From Clostridia bacterium (GTDB lineage: Bacteria; Bacillota; Clostridia; Christensenellales; CAAEEZ01), in contig CAAEEZ010000017.1 of NCBI GenBank assembly GCA_900755035.1, forward strand, positions 260,887 through 324,886: a stretch of DNA of 64,000 nt, in the 5' to 3' direction. Below, one piece after another: positions 59,868-64,000 of the stretch. Under the pieces are notes generated by a model. The model made no database searches, was not told the DNA's origin, and saw only the letters and a program-made list of their open reading frames with translations. The position numbers were made by a program, and so were the translations under genes. Positions within the stretch are counted from its first letter, which is position 1. The number at the start of each line of letters is the position of its first letter.

Positions 59868-61481
59868 TTAATTCGTTTTTTCGTCGTTTTCTTCTTTTGT
59901 ATCTTCATCAACAGGCTCGTCGCTTGTCTTTTCTTCTTCGTCTTTTATTTCGATTTCGCCTTCTTTTTTTGACATTATTTCTTCTATTTCCTCTGCTCTT
60001 TCGTCGTAAACGAATATTTCGTTATCAACGGCTTCAGTAGCAATAGCAACTTTTTCATCTTCGTTTAGACTTTCTAATTCGTTTTTGTGTTTTTCACGAA
60101 GATAAGCAGTATTGCTTTCTACTTTCTTCTTATTTAGATTATAGATAAATAGTAGCGACAAGAATACTAGAATGAAACCAACTAACGGAAGTGTGATAGA
60201 CAATTTCAGTAGTCCGTTACCACTAGCCTCCCAAGTACTGCTATCAGCCGAATTATATCCAACCCAAGTAGTGCAAAGAGCAACGAAAGAAGAACCGATA
60301 CCTTGTGCTACCTTTCTAGCAAAAGAGTAAGTAGCGTACACGCTTGCTTCCTCACGTTTTCCCGTTTTAACTTCCTGCTCGTCTACGCAGTCTGCTACCA
60401 TTGACCAGGTTGCTAGCATAAACGGAGCTGCTGCAAGCATAGATATTGCAAGTAGCGCAGCAAAAGTCCACATTCCCACTGCGTTTTGAGGGAACGGAAT
60501 AATTAGCATAATAATTAAAATCACGATAGATAAGATATTAGGCCAAGTAGATATTTCCTTTTTACCAAACTTTTTGCTTAGTTTACCCATAAACGGTATT
60601 ACGAATACCATAGGAATCATCATTATTATACCAACTACACCGGACTTACTTGCATCTTTGAAGTAAATTTGACATACAAGTGGCAACAATACCGAGTACG
60701 ACATAATAAATACGAGTTGTGCAAAGGACGCTACGCTCATACCCATAGCGGCTCTGTTTTGGAAAAAGCCTTTAAGCGTCTTGAAATAGTTCGTCTTTTC
60801 CTTCGGCTTATTTATTATATTACGCTCTTTTGTTAGACCTACCGTTATCATAAAGCATATAATACCTACGATACCACACGCAAGCGCTATCCATATAAAT
60901 CTTTCCGGTAATAGCGGTTGTATACCTTGGCTATCCTTTTCTCCGTAAACTAGCATAGGTACGAATACCATAATTGGAATAGTAGCTAGTCCTGCGCCTA
61001 TACTACGCAAAGAAGATAGACTTGCTCTTTGACCGGCGTCGTCCGTTAAAGATGCGTTTAGCGAGCCGTAAGGTACGTTAGCAGCAGTGTACGCTACCGA
61101 CCACAAACAGTAGATAATTAAACAGTATGCAAATCTACCCCAATAAGATATGCCTCTAATATCTATAAACAACAATAGCGTAGTAAATGCTATTGCAAAA
61201 GACGCAAAGAATATCCACGGACGGTATTTACCGTATTTAGACGGTCTTCTAGCATCTACCATTGCTCCAATAATCGGGTCGTTAATAGCATCGAAAACCT
61301 TACTAACGATTACTATTATCGACCAATGCGCCATAGTTAGACCAAGACCTTGCGTGACGAAAAGCATAAGCCAACTAGATAGTAGTTGGAAACTCATATT
61401 ACAACCAAAGTCGCCAAACATATAGCCTACTTTGTCCCTTGTACCAAACGGACGTTCAATTTTTTCGTTCGTTTTTCTCAT
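59868..61481 (-). CDS. GPH/MFS glycoside-pentoside-hexuronide:cation symporter with acidic C-terminal tail
   Basis: It has 12 TM helices and a GPH-like N-terminus (DKVGYMFGDFGCNM). The tail is about 80 aa and E/D/K-rich. Confidence 0.8.
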   Translation of the reverse strand: MRKTNEKIERPFGTRDKVGYMFGDFGCNMSFQLLSSWLMLFVTQGLGLTMAHWSIIVIVSKVFDAINDPIIGAMVDARRPSKYGKYRPWIFFASFAIAFTTLLLFIDIRGISYWGRFAYCLIIYCLWSVAYTAANVPYGSLNASLTDDAGQRASLSSLRSIGAGLATIPIMVFVPMLVYGEKDSQGIQPLLPERFIWIALACGIVGIICFMITVGLTKERNIINKPKEKTNYFKTLKGFFQNRAAMGMSVASFAQLVFIMSYSVLLPLVCQIYFKDASKSGVVGIIMMIPMVFVIPFMGKLSKKFGKKEISTWPNILSIVILIIMLIIPFPQNAVGMWTFAALLAISMLAAAPFMLATWSMVADCVDEQEVKTGKREEASVYATYSFARKVAQGIGSSFVALCTTWVGYNSADSSTWEASGNGLLKLSITLPLVGFILVFLSLLFIYNLNKKKVESNTAYLREKHKNELESLNEDEKVAIATEAVDNEIFVYDERAEEIEEIMSKKEGEIEIKDEEEKTSDEPVDEDTKEENDEKTN

Positions 61482-61499
61482 AATTCTCCCTCTATTTTA

Positions 61500-63752
61500 T
61501 TATTTTTTTGGTTTTGGTATTTTGTTTAGCATTTCGTTTACTTGATATAGAATTTCAGGCGTTATTTTATCCCCTGCCATTCCAGCTATCCTTTCAATAC
61601 TCATGCTACCTGCTAGCTTAAACAAGTTGTCGCTTAGTTTTACAGGGCTACCGTCGCCACTCTTACTCATCTCTTCAACCACTTTGTTTGCTAGACTTCT
61701 TACTAACTCATCTCCCTCTTCGGTTGCCATAATGCTAGACAATTTATCACGAACTGAAAAGTATCCCTCAGGATAATTAAATTCATATCTTACGCCGTCC
61801 TTTTCAAACCAGTTATTTACCATGTTTTCCTCTTTTGGAAGGCTGTATTCTGCTCTTGGCTTTAATACTCTCTTAATTACGCTTTCGTCGCTAACGTTAC
61901 CACTAACAGCCTTTATCTTTGCCTTTGCAAATAACGGCAACTTCACTTCAAATTCAAATACGTATTTGCCCGTTTTTTCTCCTATCTTTTTGCCGTTTAC
62001 GAAAAGTTCAACTTTGTCTTGATTTGAATAAACTTTGATTTTAGTAACCTTTTCTGCACGATAAACGTACCTTTTTGAAGTAATATGAACAAACGGCTTA
62101 TCAGTCCAATAAGCCTTGTAAATATAGAAACTGTCCTTTTTAGTTTTTCTATCGTAGGTTACAAGACCTTTATTATTCCTTCCCTTAACGCCGCCTTCGT
62201 CCCTGCCGTCTACGCCAAAGTCGAACATATTCCACACGTGCGTTGCCCAAAGATACGGTCTTTCGCTGAATATTTTTAGCATATTTTCGTGATAGTACGC
62301 TTGGTATTCCTCGCTGTAATCCCCTTGTTTTGGATTAGAGGTGTGCCAAGATAAAATCGCTTCGCAACCGTACTCGGACAAGCCTATTGCTTTGTTTGGA
62401 TAGTTTTTTCTAAAATCGTCAAGCCACTCGGCGTTTTGTTTTACCTCCCCTACATACCAACCAAAATAGTGATTGTAGGATATTACGTCAGGAATATCTA
62501 GTAGTTTACTACTTGGCTCTAACATAGTTACGTTTGCCATTACTGTAAATCTCGTTTTGTCCATTTCGTGACAAATATCGTTTAGCGTATTGTGTAGTTG
62601 GAATAACGCCGCACTTTCACCTGCTATGGTAATTTCGTTGCTTAGTCCCCAACAAACTATTGATGCGTGGTTGTAGTTTTGCGCAACTAATTCTTTCATT
62701 TGGCTAATAGCGTTTTCGTCGCCGTTAGGTAGGTGCGAAGATATATACGGAATTTCAGCCCAAACTACCATACCGTTTTCGTCGGCTAGGTCGTAAAAAT
62801 ATTGGTCGTGTTGATAATGCGCAAGCCTTATAGTATTTGCGCCTACTTCCTTAATAAGCGCCATATCTTCTTCGTGCTCTTTTTTGGTGATTGCCCAGCC
62901 CATATTTAGTCTGTCTTGATGACGAGATACGCCGTGCAACGGGTAACGTCTACCGTTTAGAATAAAGCCGTCCTTATCCACCTTAAACGACCTAATACCA
63001 AAACGAATTTCTCTGTAATCTACCACTTCTTCGTCCTTTACCAAAGACGCTTTAAGTACGTACAAATTAGGTGCTTTTACGCCGTCCCATAATTTTGGAT
63101 TGTTTATAGTAAATACGATTTCTTCACCCACTTTTTTAGTAGTAAAGTCAACGGCTTGGTTATCAAATAGGATTCCGCACCTAATATCAAGCCCTTCACC
63201 GTTAGTTACGTAAGGTACTACGGTAACGGTTGCTTTATCTTTATCTACGATAGGGGTAACGGTGATACCTTCCGTGCCTAGATAGTCAAGGTCGAAACGG
63301 CTGTGGTTTGCCTCGATAAAATACACGTCCCTATATAATCCGCCAAAAAAGGTAAAATCAGCCATTTGAGGATATACCCTATCGTTAGACGAGTTATCAC
63401 ACGATACGCTAATTACGTTTTTGCCGTCTTTAAGTAGGCTGGTTACGTTTGCCCTAAACGTAGAGAAACCACCTTCGTGATGAGTAGCAAGTTCGCCGTT
63501 TACGAACACTTCGCATATAGCGTTTGCGCCTCTAAACTCCAAATAATAATCTTTATCATTTCTTTTAGCAAGGTCTAGTTCCTTTACGTAAAAACAAGTA
63601 CCCCTAAAATAGTCATTACCACCATCTTGTCCGTCCAAATTATTCCAAGTATGTGGTAAATTAACTTTTTCCGGTTTAGCACCTTTAATTAGGTCTAAAC
63701 TTTGCACGTTTTTGTAAAAACGCCAATTTTCGTTAATACACGTCGTTTTCAT
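61500..63752 (-). CDS. glycoside hydrolase family 2 (beta-galactosidase/beta-glucuronidase-like)
   Basis: WGLSNEITI carries the acid/base Glu and LSEYGCEA the nucleophile Glu. GGGAGG lies before ATG 63752; the track start is a GTG. Confidence 0.85.
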   Translation of the reverse strand: MKTTCINENWRFYKNVQSLDLIKGAKPEKVNLPHTWNNLDGQDGGNDYFRGTCFYVKELDLAKRNDKDYYLEFRGANAICEVFVNGELATHHEGGFSTFRANVTSLLKDGKNVISVSCDNSSNDRVYPQMADFTFFGGLYRDVYFIEANHSRFDLDYLGTEGITVTPIVDKDKATVTVVPYVTNGEGLDIRCGILFDNQAVDFTTKKVGEEIVFTINNPKLWDGVKAPNLYVLKASLVKDEEVVDYREIRFGIRSFKVDKDGFILNGRRYPLHGVSRHQDRLNMGWAITKKEHEEDMALIKEVGANTIRLAHYQHDQYFYDLADENGMVVWAEIPYISSHLPNGDENAISQMKELVAQNYNHASIVCWGLSNEITIAGESAALFQLHNTLNDICHEMDKTRFTVMANVTMLEPSSKLLDIPDVISYNHYFGWYVGEVKQNAEWLDDFRKNYPNKAIGLSEYGCEAILSWHTSNPKQGDYSEEYQAYYHENMLKIFSERPYLWATHVWNMFDFGVDGRDEGGVKGRNNKGLVTYDRKTKKDSFYIYKAYWTDKPFVHITSKRYVYRAEKVTKIKVYSNQDKVELFVNGKKIGEKTGKYVFEFEVKLPLFAKAKIKAVSGNVSDESVIKRVLKPRAEYSLPKEENMVNNWFEKDGVRYEFNYPEGYFSVRDKLSSIMATEEGDELVRSLANKVVEEMSKSGDGSPVKLSDNLFKLAGSMSIERIAGMAGDKITPEILYQVNEMLNKIPKPKK

Positions 63753-63765
63753 AAGTCCTCCCTTT

Positions 63766-64000
63766 TTATCTTTGTACACGTCCAGAGCCACCGCTCTTTA
63801 ATAAATTATTTACTTCGTCAACGGTAATTCTATTAAAATCACCTTCAATCGTGTGCTTTAATGCGCTTGCTGCAACTGCAAACTCAACTGCATCACTACT
63901 AGTTTTGCCCGTTGATAATGCGTAGATTAAGCCTGCTCCAAAACTATCACCGCCACCTACTCTATCAACTATACGAATAGGATAGGTTTTGCTGAAATGA
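63766..64000 (-). CDS. kdgK: C-terminal part of a PfkB-family sugar kinase, KdgK-like (5' end outside window)
   Basis: My own translation of the minus strand reads ...[67 protein letters not shown]. It carries the PfkB signature GGGDSF. It is absent from the ORF track because it has no start in the window. Confidence 0.7.
   Translation of the reverse strand, partial: HFSKTYPIRIVDRVGGGDSFGAGLIYALSTGKTSSDAVEFAVAASALKHTIEGDFNRITVDEVNNLLKSGGSGRVQR

Noticed and set aside
59753-60040. 95-aa plus-strand ORF (and many similar 60-140-aa ORFs in the track that overlap annotated genes on the opposite strand).
   Set aside because: They lack an SD, have low-complexity or Leu/Phe/Ser-rich composition typical of antisense frames, and are nested in genes with clear family signatures.
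1-64000. Defence island, prophage or mobile element (integrase, transposase, restriction-modification, toxin-antitoxin, Cas, reverse transcriptase).
   Set aside because: None of the translated ORFs shows the corresponding motifs. The tRNA-Thr gene has no adjacent integrase or direct repeat of its 3' end. The XRE and AbrB-fold proteins have no toxin-like partner.

Overview
This is an AT-rich chromosomal window from a low-GC Gram-positive-type genome (Bacillota; Clostridia-, Erysipelotrichia- or Mollicutes-like). It holds about 50 tightly packed protein genes, mostly core functions. These include an ileS-methyltransferase-rluA operon and a long rnj-trmR-trhP-(GT-like)-DUF512-der-aminotransferase operon. 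Also present are serC-serA, pyrP-upp, an archaeal-type aspS, an ABC-F ATPase, an Fe-alcohol dehydrogenase and citrate synthase. There are three ABC modules, a MATE pump, a GPH-GH2-kdgK sugar locus and one tRNA-Thr(CGU). About 19% of the window is a single 11.9-kb gene for a 3964-aa MBG-repeat surface protein with a C-terminal membrane anchor. I found no CRISPR array, transposase, integrase, phage gene or recognisable defence or toxin gene, so I cannot name a canonical accessory island or a clearly novel multi-gene system. The items most worth follow-up are listed here. (1) An unclassified, roughly 185-nt rod-like structured RNA candidate with its own promoter, followed by a 35-codon Lys-rich micro-ORF, lying between ileS and tRNA-Thr. 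(2) An amino-acid ABC substrate-binding lipoprotein that reads as circularly permuted, in an operon headed by a TrpR/YerC-like regulator with a palindromic operator. (3) The giant adhesin-like gene and its 700-bp non-coding upstream region. (4) A membrane-tethered polyacidic DUF2188 protein. (5) An 800-bp AT-rich non-coding island beside an orphan XRE regulator. (6) A lineage-style signature: no T-box leaders on ileS or aspS, probable leaderless mRNAs, and long charged low-complexity tails on many membrane proteins. All calls come from reading the sequence and the ORF track by eye. No searches, folding energies or statistics were computed.
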